Below are positions 39,037 to 49,985 of a DNA stretch of 64,000 nt, piece by piece. Position 1 is the stretch's first letter. Every line of letters begins with the position of its first letter. The translations under genes were made by a program, and so were the position numbers. The DNA is from Candidatus Latescibacterota bacterium (GTDB lineage Bacteria; Latescibacterota; UBA2968; GCA-2709665), in assembly GCA_965226795.1 (NCBI GenBank), contig CBDDDZ010000005.1, positions 128,001-192,000 of the forward strand, written 5' to 3'. The notes below the pieces were generated by a model. It was not told the DNA's origin and made no database searches. It saw nothing but the letters and a program-made list of their open reading frames with translations.

Positions 39037-39969
39037 TTATTGTCTGCGTGCGCCGATGCTCTCCAGGATTTTTATGGGCATTTTGCAGACCATCGTGTAC
39101 GCGGGGTCGTAGATGTTGCCCACGTCGTATTCCACGGCCTGCCCCATGAGGATGTGAATGGATCGGGCATCCAGTCCGTAGTCCTCCTGGAGGAATCGGA
39201 TCAACTCTGTGGTGGCGTGTTGCGTTGCCTGATCCAGCGGGCGGGCGTTGCCCACGGCCATCACGTGGGTTTGGTTGATTGACCGGGGCCAGTGGATGGT
39301 TTTGCCCTTCAGGAGCCGAAGCGTGAAGGTCACGTCGAAGGAGATTTCGATGCCCGTGCCCACGATTTCCCCGTCGCCCTGGACGGCATGGCCGTCGCCG
39401 ATGTGGAACAGCCCGCCTTCGACGAAAACGGGAAAGTACACGGTTACACCCTGGATAAACTCCCTGTAGTCCATGTTGCCGCCGTGCGTATCCGACGTGG
39501 CCGTGGAGATGGCCTGGCCCCGGGGCGGCGCCACGCCGAAGCAACCGACCATCGGTTTCAGCGGGATCCGGAGCCTGCCGATGGGAAGATCTTCGAAGCC
39601 GATGGGCGTGGCCGTGTTGTTTTCGAAGTCGATTTCCCAATCCAGGCGGTTGCGGTCGTCGTCGAATTCGGGCCTGTACCCGAAATCCAGCACGTTTGCG
39701 GCGACAACGCCCGATGTGTAGCCGATTCTTCGGTTGGGCGCCAGTTTGTCGAAGGTAACTGCCAGCGTGTCGCCCGGTTCCGCGCCCTCGAGGTAGAAGG
39801 GCCCCGTCTGGGGATTGCCGCCTGGAGTGATCGGTTCGCCCGTGGCGTCATTTCCGCCCGCGTCCACGGTCGTGGTTGTGATTGTGTCGCCGCTGGCGAC
39901 GTGCAGCACCGGGTCGTGCGAGCCAATGGCCGTATGGTAGGTTTCCGGGAGGAAGTGGTGGTGAGCCAT
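39037..39969 (-). CDS. acetamidase/formamidase family protein
   Basis: TGPFYLEGAEPGD, GGNMD, GDGHAVQGDGE. Confidence 0.9.
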   Translation of the reverse strand: MAHHHFLPETYHTAIGSHDPVLHVASGDTITTTTVDAGGNDATGEPITPGGNPQTGPFYLEGAEPGDTLAVTFDKLAPNRRIGYTSGVVAANVLDFGYRPEFDDDRNRLDWEIDFENNTATPIGFEDLPIGRLRIPLKPMVGCFGVAPPRGQAISTATSDTHGGNMDYREFIQGVTVYFPVFVEGGLFHIGDGHAVQGDGEIVGTGIEISFDVTFTLRLLKGKTIHWPRSINQTHVMAVGNARPLDQATQHATTELIRFLQEDYGLDARSIHILMGQAVEYDVGNIYDPAYTMVCKMPIKILESIGARRQ

Positions 39970-40064
39970 GGAAACTCCTCTAAAGAAAGTACAAGTGGGG
40001 TGACGGGGCGATCGATGGAAGCAGTCGGTGCCTTCCGCCGGGACGTCCGGTTTGAGCGGATTCG

Positions 40065-40988
40065 CTACTGCTGCACTGCAATCATCCGGATATCTGCGGG
40101 CGCGTTCCACGCGGACGTCCAGGTAAGGCCTCGATCCTGGCTGCCATAAAGGGTGGCACCCACGACCGACCAGGCGTGGCCGTCGGGCGTGAAAACAACC
40201 TGGAAGGTGTCGATGTTGCCCGTTGTGGTTTCGGGGAATCCGTCCGTGACGTGCGCCCAGTTGCGGCCCGCGTTTTCGGTTCTGTAGAGTTGCCCCTGGG
40301 CATCTCCGTGGGGCCCCGTGCTGACCGTGGCCAGCAGGCAGTCCGGATCTTCCGGGTGCACGGCAATGGCCCTGCCGTAATAATAGGGAAAGCCCTCGGG
40401 GCGGTGTTGCCAGGATGTCCCGCGGTCGTGGCTGAGGTACACGGCCTGGGCCGTGTTCGCGTAAACCCGGTCGTTTTCCCGGGGCGAGGTGGCCACCTGA
40501 TGCACGTCCTGGTGCAGTTCGGGTGTGACGGGTTCCCACGTGCGACCCTGGTCCGGAGACCGCATGATACTGCCCACGTGAATGTCGGCATAGACCCAGC
40601 CGTCCCGCGTGCGGGCCATGCTCCGCACGGCCGCCGGACCGCCCCACGGGGTATACCAGTCCCGGCGGCACTCGAGCCCGTCGAAGGAGGCCAGCCGTTC
40701 GGTTCCGTCCTCCGTCACGGCGTAAACGTGTGGGGCCTCCACGCCTACGAGGAAGCGCACCGGCTCTTCTTCAAGGATAAGGAGGCACTCTATGGGATAT
40801 TCAATGCCGGTGGAGAGGGTCCGCGATCCGTTTTGCGACAGGACGGCGATCTCCCCGTCCTGCAGTGCCGCAAGCCCAACGGACCGTCCTTCCGCAATCC
40901 CCTGTACTTCGCCGCGTTCAATTACGGGTTGCGGCGCAGTCCCGTCTCCATTCATCTCAAAGACTGTTTCCCGGGTGGCGATCAACAT
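40065..40988 (-). CDS. BNR/Asp-box beta-propeller protein
   Basis: repeated S.D.G.TW Asp-boxes. Confidence 0.8.
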   Translation of the reverse strand: MLIATRETVFEMNGDGTAPQPVIERGEVQGIAEGRSVGLAALQDGEIAVLSQNGSRTLSTGIEYPIECLLILEEEPVRFLVGVEAPHVYAVTEDGTERLASFDGLECRRDWYTPWGGPAAVRSMARTRDGWVYADIHVGSIMRSPDQGRTWEPVTPELHQDVHQVATSPRENDRVYANTAQAVYLSHDRGTSWQHRPEGFPYYYGRAIAVHPEDPDCLLATVSTGPHGDAQGQLYRTENAGRNWAHVTDGFPETTTGNIDTFQVVFTPDGHAWSVVGATLYGSQDRGLTWTSAWNAPADIRMIAVQQ

Positions 40989-41071
40989 ACCGACTCCTTT
41001 CGCCCAACGTCGAGCGGGCCGAATACGGTTCCGACCGGAATCCTCCGGATCGAAACGGTGGCAGGTGATTC

Positions 41072-42136
41072 TCAGAAATAGCGGACATCGCGGCCGCCGG
41101 CGGGTAACGGCAGATCGACCGCCCGGTGTTCCGCGGCGGCGCGATTCCACGCCAGACAGAGTTCCAGCACGTTTCGCGCGTGTTCGGGCGTCACGTCCAA
41201 TGAATGGCCGTCGATGACCGCACGGGCAAAGCGGTCTAGGGCTGCGTCGATGGTATCGTTCTGCGCCCGGTAAAAGACACGGGGATCGCCGCCGTCGTCT
41301 TTGTGCCAGATAATGCCTTCCATGGCATCCAGGTGCGCGCGGGCAATTCCGTCGGCGCCCACCACTTCCATCTCCCAGGATGGGGCGCCGCAGCTGACGT
41401 TGAAGATGATGTCCATGGAACCCATACGGCCGTCTTCGAATCGGACGGTGCCCTTACCGGTGTCCATCCAGATGCTGTGCGGCGTGGCCAGGTTGTCGTA
41501 TTCGGCATAGGCGCGGACAGCCGGTGAATCGATGAGCCAGAGCAGCAGGTCCGCGGCGTAGAAGCCCAGTGAAAGCCCGATACCGCCCTGTCCGGGGCCG
41601 AATTCACCGCTGCCGTCGAAGACCATACCGGGACCGAAACAACCGTGTTGAATCCATGCCCTCGCGGTAATGACGCGTCCAACGGCCCCGCCCCGTACCC
41701 GTGTTCCCATCGCGCGGATGGCGCCGTCTTCCCGTCCGGGCAGCAGGGCGGTCAGCTGCACGTTGTTGCGCCTGGCCGCCGCGATCATGGCGTCGGCTCC
41801 CGCCAGGGTCATACACATGGGTTTGCTGATAAAGGCGTGGGCACCCGCATCCATCGCGCTGACTGCCTGCTGCGGTTTCAGGCTGTCCTGGCATGTGACG
41901 AAGACAATGTCGAGTGACTCGGCGTGAACCATCTCGGGCACTGTGGAATACGCCCGGATGCCGTATTGGGCGCCGAACGCCTCTTTGGACTTCATACCGA
42001 GACTGCCGAGCGTTCCGTCGCTCTGATCCAGATGCGCGTAAGCGGTCAGTTCGATATCGGGGTTCCGTTTCGCGGATCGGGCAAACGCGTTCGAGTAGAA
42101 CGATCCGATGCCGCACACGCCCGCTTTTAGTGACAT
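41072..42136 (-). CDS. Gfo/Idh/MocA oxidoreductase
   Basis: N-terminal Rossmann GVCGIG and AGAHAFISKP (EKP variant). Confidence 0.85.
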   Translation of the reverse strand: MSLKAGVCGIGSFYSNAFARSAKRNPDIELTAYAHLDQSDGTLGSLGMKSKEAFGAQYGIRAYSTVPEMVHAESLDIVFVTCQDSLKPQQAVSAMDAGAHAFISKPMCMTLAGADAMIAAARRNNVQLTALLPGREDGAIRAMGTRVRGGAVGRVITARAWIQHGCFGPGMVFDGSGEFGPGQGGIGLSLGFYAADLLLWLIDSPAVRAYAEYDNLATPHSIWMDTGKGTVRFEDGRMGSMDIIFNVSCGAPSWEMEVVGADGIARAHLDAMEGIIWHKDDGGDPRVFYRAQNDTIDAALDRFARAVIDGHSLDVTPEHARNVLELCLAWNRAAAEHRAVDLPLPAGGRDVRYF

Positions 42137-42464
42137 GGTTTCGAGTTCCCCGTTAATTGTTGATGAATGGCGCGGATTTCCGGGACCGAGGTTCTGCGAA
42201 TCCGGGCCGGAACGATGCGCCGGTGCCGGGATTCGCGAATGGGTATTCATGCCAAAATCAGGGGCATTGTCAAGCGCAATCGTTCGCGGATGCGGTTTGG
42301 CGCCTGCGCCCGTTGTCCCGTGCGGGCAGGCCCGGGTGCGGTCTTTGTCGCCGAGCGAAGCGACGCATGTCGAACGGACTTCATGCCTTGCGCCCGCATG
42401 GTTTTCGCCGGTGTGACGGGAATTGACGGGCAATTGTGAGATACGAAGGTGAACGGGAGGCTGA

Positions 42465-43907
42465 ATGAACGATGGTGAAACCGGTATTCGGTTGGAGGTG
42501 GCGGATGAGGCGAGGTCGCTGACTGACCATTCGTCAGCCTTTCGGGATATGGACAAAAGCCTGTGCGAAATTCAGAAACAGTTTTCGAGGGAGGGGCCGC
42601 TCCCGACGGATATCCTGTCGCGTTACGGACGCGCATGGACGCGGAGCCATCTGCAGGATGGGGATCTCAGGACGGTGATCGGCGTCGCGAACCGCGCGCG
42701 GAAGGACTTCACCGCGCTGGTCACGGTCGGCATCGGGGGGTCCGACATGAGCGCACGGGTCTTTCACGACGTGCTCAACCCTGCCTATTACGATCTCCTG
42801 TCCGCGGATGAACGCGGAGGGGCGCCGGAAGTCTACTTCACGGGGGATACGTTCGATCCCCGACGGCTGCGGGCACTGCTGGATATGCTGACCCGGCGGG
42901 GGTTAATGGACCGGACCCTGTTCAACGTGATCAGCAAATCCGGGCGCACTGGCGAGACCATCAGTGCGTTGATGGTCGTACGGGACTGGTTGTCGCGGTA
43001 CACGCCTCTCAGCACGAAAGACTGGCGTAGCTACATTGTAGCTACAACCGGACCGGACGCCCGAAGCGCGCTCTATGAATTGCACAGGCAGAGGGCCTTC
43101 TACGGCGATGCGCTGTTGCCCGTGCCGGAGGGTGTGGGAGGCAGGTTTTCGGCGTTTTCACCCGTGGGGATGTTTTTTCTGGCGATGACAGCCGGCACGG
43201 GGACGTCCCCCGGAACGCGCGTACGAGAAATGCTGGATGGGGCGCGCAGGGCGGACGCGCGCTGGGCCATGGCCTGGCAGGATGAGCGAAATATCGCCTA
43301 TCGCCTCGCCCGGTGGCTGCATGTGCAGGAGCGGTGCGGCGGGAAACGGGCACTGGTATTTTACAACTACGCGGACAATCGGCGCCTCGGAGACTGGTTC
43401 CAGCAGCTTTACGACGAGTCGCTGCAGGAACGCGGAGACGGCCTCCACGTCGTTCCGGCAATCGGACCCGCGGGCAACCATTCCGTTCTGAACGGGATTG
43501 TCGGCGGTCGTTCGGACCGGGCCGTTCTGTTCGTGCATTGGGAGGACCTTGGGCGCGATCTGCGAATTCCGGAAGGAACAGAGATAGGAGGCGAGGTTGA
43601 CGCGTTCGGGGGGCTCCGGATGAGCCAGGCGCAGTCGGCGTCGTACCTCGGCACGGCACGGGACTTTTCCGTACGCGGGATTCCGAACGCGACGCTTCAC
43701 GTGGCCCGGCGGGACGAGAGACGCCTGGGCGCGTTGATGCGCGTGCTGATGGATGCGGTTGCGGTGAAGGGACGGCTGCAAGGCCTGCACGTCAACGATG
43801 AAGGAGAGGTCGATCCCGCCGGCGATCTCACGTATTCGCAGGAAGGCGTCGACGGATACAAGCTGCGAACGCGCGAACGGGCGCTTCAGATTAAATCCCG
43901 ACGTTGA
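42465..43907 (+). CDS. glucose-6-phosphate isomerase-like (divergent)
   Basis: GIGGS, SKSGRTGET, VGGRFS, QQLYDES, GNHS, QEGVDGYK. Confidence 0.8.
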   Translation: MNDGETGIRLEVADEARSLTDHSSAFRDMDKSLCEIQKQFSREGPLPTDILSRYGRAWTRSHLQDGDLRTVIGVANRARKDFTALVTVGIGGSDMSARVFHDVLNPAYYDLLSADERGGAPEVYFTGDTFDPRRLRALLDMLTRRGLMDRTLFNVISKSGRTGETISALMVVRDWLSRYTPLSTKDWRSYIVATTGPDARSALYELHRQRAFYGDALLPVPEGVGGRFSAFSPVGMFFLAMTAGTGTSPGTRVREMLDGARRADARWAMAWQDERNIAYRLARWLHVQERCGGKRALVFYNYADNRRLGDWFQQLYDESLQERGDGLHVVPAIGPAGNHSVLNGIVGGRSDRAVLFVHWEDLGRDLRIPEGTEIGGEVDAFGGLRMSQAQSASYLGTARDFSVRGIPNATLHVARRDERRLGALMRVLMDAVAVKGRLQGLHVNDEGEVDPAGDLTYSQEGVDGYKLRTRERALQIKSRR

Positions 43908-44035
43908 CCCGGCGGCGCAGAACGCGGCGGGCTTAACGGACAGCCCGGGCCGGGCTTCCGGTTGTGCCGCCTTTTCGTTGTGAGTATCTTGACGGCTGAC
44001 TCGGTTTTTTAAATAGAGAGAAAAGGAGCGGAACG

Positions 44036-46207
44036 ATGGCGGTTGAGATTGGCAGCTTAAGGGTCGACGAGATCATGTACAATCTGGTCAGAGATAAGAT
44101 CGCCGCGGGTACGGACGTGGATCCCGATGCGTTCTGGACAGCGCTGGGAGAGATCGTCCGGGATCTGGGTCCCGGGAATCGGGAATTGCTGGAAAAGCGG
44201 GACGTTATGCAGGAGAAGATGGACCGGTGGTACCGGGCGCGGAAGGGCCGGTCCATAGACCGGGAAGAGTACCGTGCGTTCCTGACGGAAATCGGGTACC
44301 TGGTGCCTGAAGGTGACCACTTTGAAGTGACCACGGCCCACGTGGATCCGGAAATCGCGGCGGTGGCCGGGCCCCAACTGGTGGTTCCGGTGGACAATGC
44401 ACGGTACGCGCTGAACGCGGCGAACGCGCGTTGGGGTAGCCTGTACGACGCCCTTTACGGTACGGACGTCATACCCGAGGAACCTGGCGCCGAGAAGAGT
44501 AAAGCCTACAATCCGGCACGGGGGGCGAGGGTAGTTGCCGTGGCCGAGGCGTTTCTTGACGACGTGGCGGGTCTGGCATCCGGCCGATATTCGGAGGTGA
44601 CGGGCTTCGCCCTGGAGGACGTGGACGGGATCCAGCGACTCGTTTCGACGTTGCAGGATGGCCGGGCGGTTGGCCTGGCGAATCCCGGGCAGTTCCGCGG
44701 ATATCGCGTGGACGACGGCGAACTCACGGCTGTGTTGCTGGAGAACAACGGTCTTCATATCGAGATCCGGATCGACTGGAACCATCCGGTGGGCGCCGCG
44801 CACCCGGCGGGCGTCAGAGACGTGCTGCTGGAAGCAGCGGTGACAACCATCCAGGATTGCGAGGATTCGGTGTCGGCCGTGGACGCGGAGGATAAGGCGA
44901 GTGTATACGGAAATTGGAACGGCATCATGCAGGGCACGCTGGAGACGACCTTTGAGAAGGGCGGGGAGGAGGTGACGCGGCGGCTGAATCCGGACCGTGA
45001 GTTTACGGCGCCGGACGGAGGGGCCCTGAACCTGCCGGGACGCAGCCTCCTGTTGGTGCGAAACGTGGGTATCCACATGTACACGGATTGTGTGACCACC
45101 AGCGACGGGGGAGAGATACCCGAGGGGTTTCTGGACGCGATGGTTACCGCGCTCGCGGCCAAACATGATCTGAAGCGACCGGGCAGATTCGTCAACAGCC
45201 GCACGGGCAGCATCTACATAGTGAAACCCAAACTGCACGGGCCCGAGGAGGTCGCTGCGACGATCGACCTGTTCGAGCGCGTGGAGGCGGCCCTCGGACT
45301 GGAGCGAAATACCATCAAGATCGGCATAATGGATGAAGAACGAAGGACCACGGTGAATCTGAAAGCGGCGATCCGTGAGGCGCGGGATCGGGTGGTGTTC
45401 ATCAATACCGGCTTCCTGGACAGGACAGGCGATGAGATCCATACGAGCATGGAAGCCGGCCCAATGCATCCGAAGATGGACATCAGGGCTCAGCCCTGGC
45501 TTGCGGCGTACGAGGACTGGAACGTGGACGTGGGGTTGGAAACCGGTTTCAGCGGCCGGGGGCAGATCGGGAAAGGGATGTGGACGATGCCGGACGAAAT
45601 GCGGGAGATGGTGGAGACCAAGATTGGTCATCCCCTGTCGGGGGCGAGCACGGCGTGGGTGCCGTCTCCCACCGCGGCGGTTCTGCACGCCATGCACTAT
45701 CATCGGGTGGACGTAGCGGCCAGGCAGGCCGAACTCGCCCGGCGGGAGCGAGCGAGTCTGGACGAGATACTGACGCCGCCGCTGCTGGACCGGGAGTTGT
45801 CGGCGGACGAGATACAGAGTGAACTGGACAACAATGCCCAGGGGATTCTGGGCTACGTGGTGCGATGGGTGGACCAGGGCGTGGGCTGCTCGAAGGTGCT
45901 TGGCATCAACGACGTGGGACTGATGGAAGACCGGGCGACGTTACGCATTTCCAGCCAGCATATCGCCAACTGGCTGCATCACGGGATCGTGAGCGAAGCG
46001 CAGGTTCGGGCGGCGTTCGAGAAGATGGCAGGTATGGTTGACGAGCAGAACAGTGAGGTTCCGGACTATCGGAACATGGCGCCCGACTTCGAACAAAGCG
46101 TCGCGTTTCAGGCCGCACTTGACCTGGTTTTCGAGGGTACTGCGGAGCCGAACGGCTATACCGAACGCGTGCTGCACAAGCGCCGCAGGGAGGTAAAAAA
46201 ACAGTAA
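44036..46207 (+). CDS. glcB: malate synthase G
   Basis: [56 protein letters not shown]. Confidence 0.97.
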   Translation: MAVEIGSLRVDEIMYNLVRDKIAAGTDVDPDAFWTALGEIVRDLGPGNRELLEKRDVMQEKMDRWYRARKGRSIDREEYRAFLTEIGYLVPEGDHFEVTTAHVDPEIAAVAGPQLVVPVDNARYALNAANARWGSLYDALYGTDVIPEEPGAEKSKAYNPARGARVVAVAEAFLDDVAGLASGRYSEVTGFALEDVDGIQRLVSTLQDGRAVGLANPGQFRGYRVDDGELTAVLLENNGLHIEIRIDWNHPVGAAHPAGVRDVLLEAAVTTIQDCEDSVSAVDAEDKASVYGNWNGIMQGTLETTFEKGGEEVTRRLNPDREFTAPDGGALNLPGRSLLLVRNVGIHMYTDCVTTSDGGEIPEGFLDAMVTALAAKHDLKRPGRFVNSRTGSIYIVKPKLHGPEEVAATIDLFERVEAALGLERNTIKIGIMDEERRTTVNLKAAIREARDRVVFINTGFLDRTGDEIHTSMEAGPMHPKMDIRAQPWLAAYEDWNVDVGLETGFSGRGQIGKGMWTMPDEMREMVETKIGHPLSGASTAWVPSPTAAVLHAMHYHRVDVAARQAELARRERASLDEILTPPLLDRELSADEIQSELDNNAQGILGYVVRWVDQGVGCSKVLGINDVGLMEDRATLRISSQHIANWLHHGIVSEAQVRAAFEKMAGMVDEQNSEVPDYRNMAPDFEQSVAFQAALDLVFEGTAEPNGYTERVLHKRRREVKKQ

Positions 46208-46476
46208 GAGGAAAGACGGGAGAAGTAAGAGGTCCACCCCGCCACACACAGCAGACTGCAGTCGGCCAAGAGCGGTCATCGACAACAGCTATAAGCGGTC
46301 GGCTATCGGCGATCAGCTAAGACCGGTTCGCGTTGCGGTTTGGGGATAGGATTTGCCGCTGCCGGCGCCAATATGCGGGCAACTATGAAAGTTTCCGCTA
46401 CAAATGCAACGGCGGCGCCACGTGGGCGGTTCGCCCGCTCCTGCGTCTAATCCATCGTGCAGCCGGTGGCGGAGAT

Positions 46477-46683
46477 GGGGGCTTTTCCGCGCAATTCCGT
46501 CCACGCACGTCGCCTGGGAAGTGCTGGAGACTTCGCAGGGCACAACCGCTGGTGCCTATGGCAGGAGTAGTTCGTGGAAAAGCAGCCCCGCGGCGTCTGA
46601 GCGGCCTGCCTGCGCCGAGCCGTGCTCGGCAGGCAGGCGCCGTTCTTTTTGGCCCTTTTTCTTTGGCGAGAAAGAAAAAGGGC
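46477..46683 (+). repeat. structured intergenic repeat, copy 4 of 4
   Basis: same stems as the other copies. Confidence 0.85.
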
Positions 46684-46880
46684 GTAAAAAAAAACAATAA
46701 GATGGAAGGAAAATGACCTCATGGGCCCGGACCGGGACCGATCAATCTCATTGTTCCCTTGTTCCGTTGCCCGCAGCTTGATGTTAGTGCATTGACTTTT
46801 CCTCAACTAATATTAACTTTGGAACGGGTCGTTTTAACACAGTGTCGCAGTGCGACAATCGAAAATGAGGAGGGCATGAC

Positions 46881-49067
46881 ATGCAAGCCCCAGGCGAGTT
46901 GAAATCCGTCGGGCAAAGGGTGGCCAGGCTGAACGGGCCGGATATCGTGACAGGACGGATTCAGTATGCCGACGATATCCAGCTTCCTGGCATGTTATAC
47001 GGCCGCATCCTGCGCAGCCCGCACGGTCACGCGCACATTCGGAAGATCGATACCTCACGAGCCAAAAAGCTGCCCGGGGTCGTGGACGTGGTGTGCGGCC
47101 GGGACGTACCGGACCTGTCGATTTTCGAATCCGAGGAGGTTTGCTACCAGGGTCAGAAGGTGGCGGCCGTAGCGGCTGTGGATCCGGATATCGCAGAGGA
47201 CGCCCTTGCGTTGATCGACGTGGACTACGAGGTATTGCCCGCCGTTGTGGATCCCGTGGACGCCATGGATCCTGACGCTCCGGAGGCCGTTCTGGGGGCG
47301 CCCACAAAGGATGTGAGGGGTTCGGACGGGCGCAGATTGCGGAATGTGACGGCCTGCAATGTATTGGAGGAGGGCGACGTCGAGAAAGGTTTCGCGGACG
47401 CGGACGCGATTGTCGAGGCGGAATATCAGGTTCCCTTTTTCAATCAGACCTACATGGAGCCGAATGCGGCCACGGCGCGCGTGGAGGCGGACGGAAGGCT
47501 GACTGTCTGGGCGGCGGGGCAGGGCAGTTTCACCAAAAGGGAGGGGCTCGCGGAGGCGCTGAACATACCCGAGGGGCGTGTGCGCGTGATAATGACCGAA
47601 ACCGGCGGCAGTTTCGGCGGGAAGAATCGGTTGAACATCGAAGCCCACACGGCATTGCTGGCCATGCGCACGGGCCGCCCGGTAAAGGTGACGATCAACC
47701 GCGGGGAGGATTTTCGCGACAGCCGCCCGGGGCCGGGGTGCTGGGTGCGGTTGAAGACGGGTGCACGAAAAGACGGGACCCTGACGGCCGTTGAAGGGCG
47801 AATCGTGTGGGACGGCGGTTTTCTGGGCAGCGGCGGGGCGGCGAACCGGTTGGTGGGACCCTACAAGATTCCGAATATCAGGCTGGAAGGCATGGCCGTT
47901 CGCACAAACAAACCGGGGCCGGGTGCGTACCGGGCCCCCGGAGGGCCACAGACGGCGCTTGCCAGGGAGTCCAACCTGGATATGCTGGCCCACAAGCTGG
48001 GAATCGACCCGGTGGAGATCCGTTTGAAAAACGGGTTGGGCAAGGGCGATCAGCCGCTGATACAACACGACTGGCTGAAAGACACCATCCGAAAGGCCGC
48101 CGAGGCCGCGGGATGGGGCCGCCGCGAGCTTAAACCCAACCAGGGTATGGGAATCGCGGTTGGGGATTGGCACAACGCGTCCGGTCCGACCAACGCGTTC
48201 GTGACAATGTCCGCGGACGGATCGGTGGCCGTGGTGACCGGCCAGGTGGACATTACGGGGTTGCATACGGTGATGGCGCAGGTCGTGGCCGAGGAACTGG
48301 GTGTACCGGTCGAGAAGGTGACGGTTCGGCTCGGGGATACGGACACGGTGCCCTACGCGTCGTTGAGCGCGGGTAGCAAGGCGGCTTATTCGGCTGGAAC
48401 GGCCGCGCGCGAGGCGGCCCGCGAGGCAAGGGAGCAGTTGTTGCGTATGGCCGCGGAAAAATTGGAAGCCGCAGTGGACGACCTGGTCATCGAGGATGAA
48501 CGGGTGCAGATCGTCGGTTCGCCGGACCGTTCCATCGGCCTCGGCGAGTTGGCGGGCGTGGCGATCGAGTCCAGTGGCGCCGTAAACGGTCGGTGTGTGC
48601 TGAGCAGCGTACCCACCTACCCCTCGTATTCGGTAAACGTCGCTACGGTGGAAGTCGATCGGGGTACGGGGAAGGTGCGGCTGATCGATCTGGTGGCCGC
48701 ACAGGATGTGGGCCGTGCGCTCAACCCCATGCTGGTGGAGGGCCAGATGCAGGGCGGCGCCATCCAGTCGATCGGTTTCGGCCTGATGGAGGGCTACCGG
48801 TACGACGAGAAGGGCCGGATGCTGAATCCCAACCTGCTGGACTACGCAATCCCGACGGCGCTGGACGTACCCAATATCAAGACCGTTATGGTCGAGGATC
48901 CCTGCGAGCACGGGCCCTACGGGGGCAAGGGCGTGGGAGAGCCGCCCATCATTCCCGGGGGCGCGGCGGTCGCCAACGCAATCTACGACGCGGTGGGCGC
49001 CAGGGTAAGGAAACTGCCAATGACACCGGAGCGGGTGGCGGAGGCATTACCGAAAGCCGACAATTGA
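46881..49067 (+). CDS. xanthine dehydrogenase family Mo-binding subunit
   Basis: GGSFGGK, AYRAPG, EGQMQGG, GKGVGEPP. Confidence 0.92.
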   Translation: MQAPGELKSVGQRVARLNGPDIVTGRIQYADDIQLPGMLYGRILRSPHGHAHIRKIDTSRAKKLPGVVDVVCGRDVPDLSIFESEEVCYQGQKVAAVAAVDPDIAEDALALIDVDYEVLPAVVDPVDAMDPDAPEAVLGAPTKDVRGSDGRRLRNVTACNVLEEGDVEKGFADADAIVEAEYQVPFFNQTYMEPNAATARVEADGRLTVWAAGQGSFTKREGLAEALNIPEGRVRVIMTETGGSFGGKNRLNIEAHTALLAMRTGRPVKVTINRGEDFRDSRPGPGCWVRLKTGARKDGTLTAVEGRIVWDGGFLGSGGAANRLVGPYKIPNIRLEGMAVRTNKPGPGAYRAPGGPQTALARESNLDMLAHKLGIDPVEIRLKNGLGKGDQPLIQHDWLKDTIRKAAEAAGWGRRELKPNQGMGIAVGDWHNASGPTNAFVTMSADGSVAVVTGQVDITGLHTVMAQVVAEELGVPVEKVTVRLGDTDTVPYASLSAGSKAAYSAGTAAREAAREAREQLLRMAAEKLEAAVDDLVIEDERVQIVGSPDRSIGLGELAGVAIESSGAVNGRCVLSSVPTYPSYSVNVATVEVDRGTGKVRLIDLVAAQDVGRALNPMLVEGQMQGGAIQSIGFGLMEGYRYDEKGRMLNPNLLDYAIPTALDVPNIKTVMVEDPCEHGPYGGKGVGEPPIIPGGAAVANAIYDAVGARVRKLPMTPERVAEALPKADN

Positions 49068-49088
49068 CGGGAAAAGGAGGTAGAGGCT

Positions 49089-49985
49089 GTGAATCGATTC
49101 GAATATTTCGCGCCTGGAACCGTTCGGGAGGCGGCGGAGGTGCTGCAGGCCCATCCTCGGGCTAAGATGCTGGCTGGAGGCACCGACCTGCTTGTCCAGA
49201 TGAAAGAGCGGGCTCGAACCCCAGACACACTGGTGGATATCCGTCGGATTCCCGGTGCGAATGAACTGCGCTTCGACAGCAAAACCGGACTCACGATCGG
49301 GGCGGCCGTGACCATGCGCCAGGTGGAACTCATGCCGGCTGCGCAAATGCATTACGCGGGTCTCGCCGGGGGGGCTCGTGTGGTGGGTTCCTTCCAGATC
49401 CGAAACCTCGCTACAATCGTGGGCAACGTCTGCAATGCTGCGCCATCCGCGGATACCGCGCCGGGATTGATCGTCCACGGCGCCAGGGTAAAGATCGCTG
49501 GTCCGAACGGACAGCGGTCAATGCTGGTGGAGAATTTTATGACCGGCCCCGGTCGGACCACGCTCAAACCCGGCGAGTTCGTCATCGCCATTCAAGCGCC
49601 CGTGCCGTCCCCCCGAACCGGGTCGGCCTATGTCAGGCATACGCCCAGAGGTGCGATGGATATCGCGATGGTGGGTGTCGGCGCGGCGGTTACGCTGGCG
49701 CCGCGCACTCGCGTTTGCCAGGATGCGCACATCGTAATGGGCGCCGTGGCGCCCACGCCCCTGCGGGCAAGGGCCGCCGAGCGAATGCTGAAAGGACAAA
49801 GTCTGACCGACGGGTTGATCGCGGAGGCGGCGGAAATGGCGGCAGAAGAAGCCCGACCGATCAGCGACGTTCGAGGCTCGGCGGCATTCAGACGCGACAT
49901 GGTGCGGGTATTGACAGGGCGGATGGTGGCGGCGGCATTTGAGAATGCGCAGCACCGGTCGGGATCGAAAAGGAGGGCGGCATGA
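49089..49985 (+). CDS. xanthine dehydrogenase family FAD subunit
   Basis: AGGTDL, IRNLATIVGN, PISDVRGS. Confidence 0.92.
   Translation: MNRFEYFAPGTVREAAEVLQAHPRAKMLAGGTDLLVQMKERARTPDTLVDIRRIPGANELRFDSKTGLTIGAAVTMRQVELMPAAQMHYAGLAGGARVVGSFQIRNLATIVGNVCNAAPSADTAPGLIVHGARVKIAGPNGQRSMLVENFMTGPGRTTLKPGEFVIAIQAPVPSPRTGSAYVRHTPRGAMDIAMVGVGAAVTLAPRTRVCQDAHIVMGAVAPTPLRARAAERMLKGQSLTDGLIAEAAEMAAEEARPISDVRGSAAFRRDMVRVLTGRMVAAAFENAQHRSGSKRRAA

Noticed and set aside
39969..40671. N-terminal extension of the 544 aa ORF (likewise extensions of rnc, the acylase, FAR and the 41072 ORF)
   Set aside because: Extensions overlap real genes or repeats; homology begins at later ATGs
44057..45703. 548 aa antisense ORF (similar long antisense ORFs at 47055-48911 and 14061-15080, and an alternate-frame one at 31839-33020)
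   Set aside because: Shadow frames of well-supported GC-rich genes; no motifs of their own
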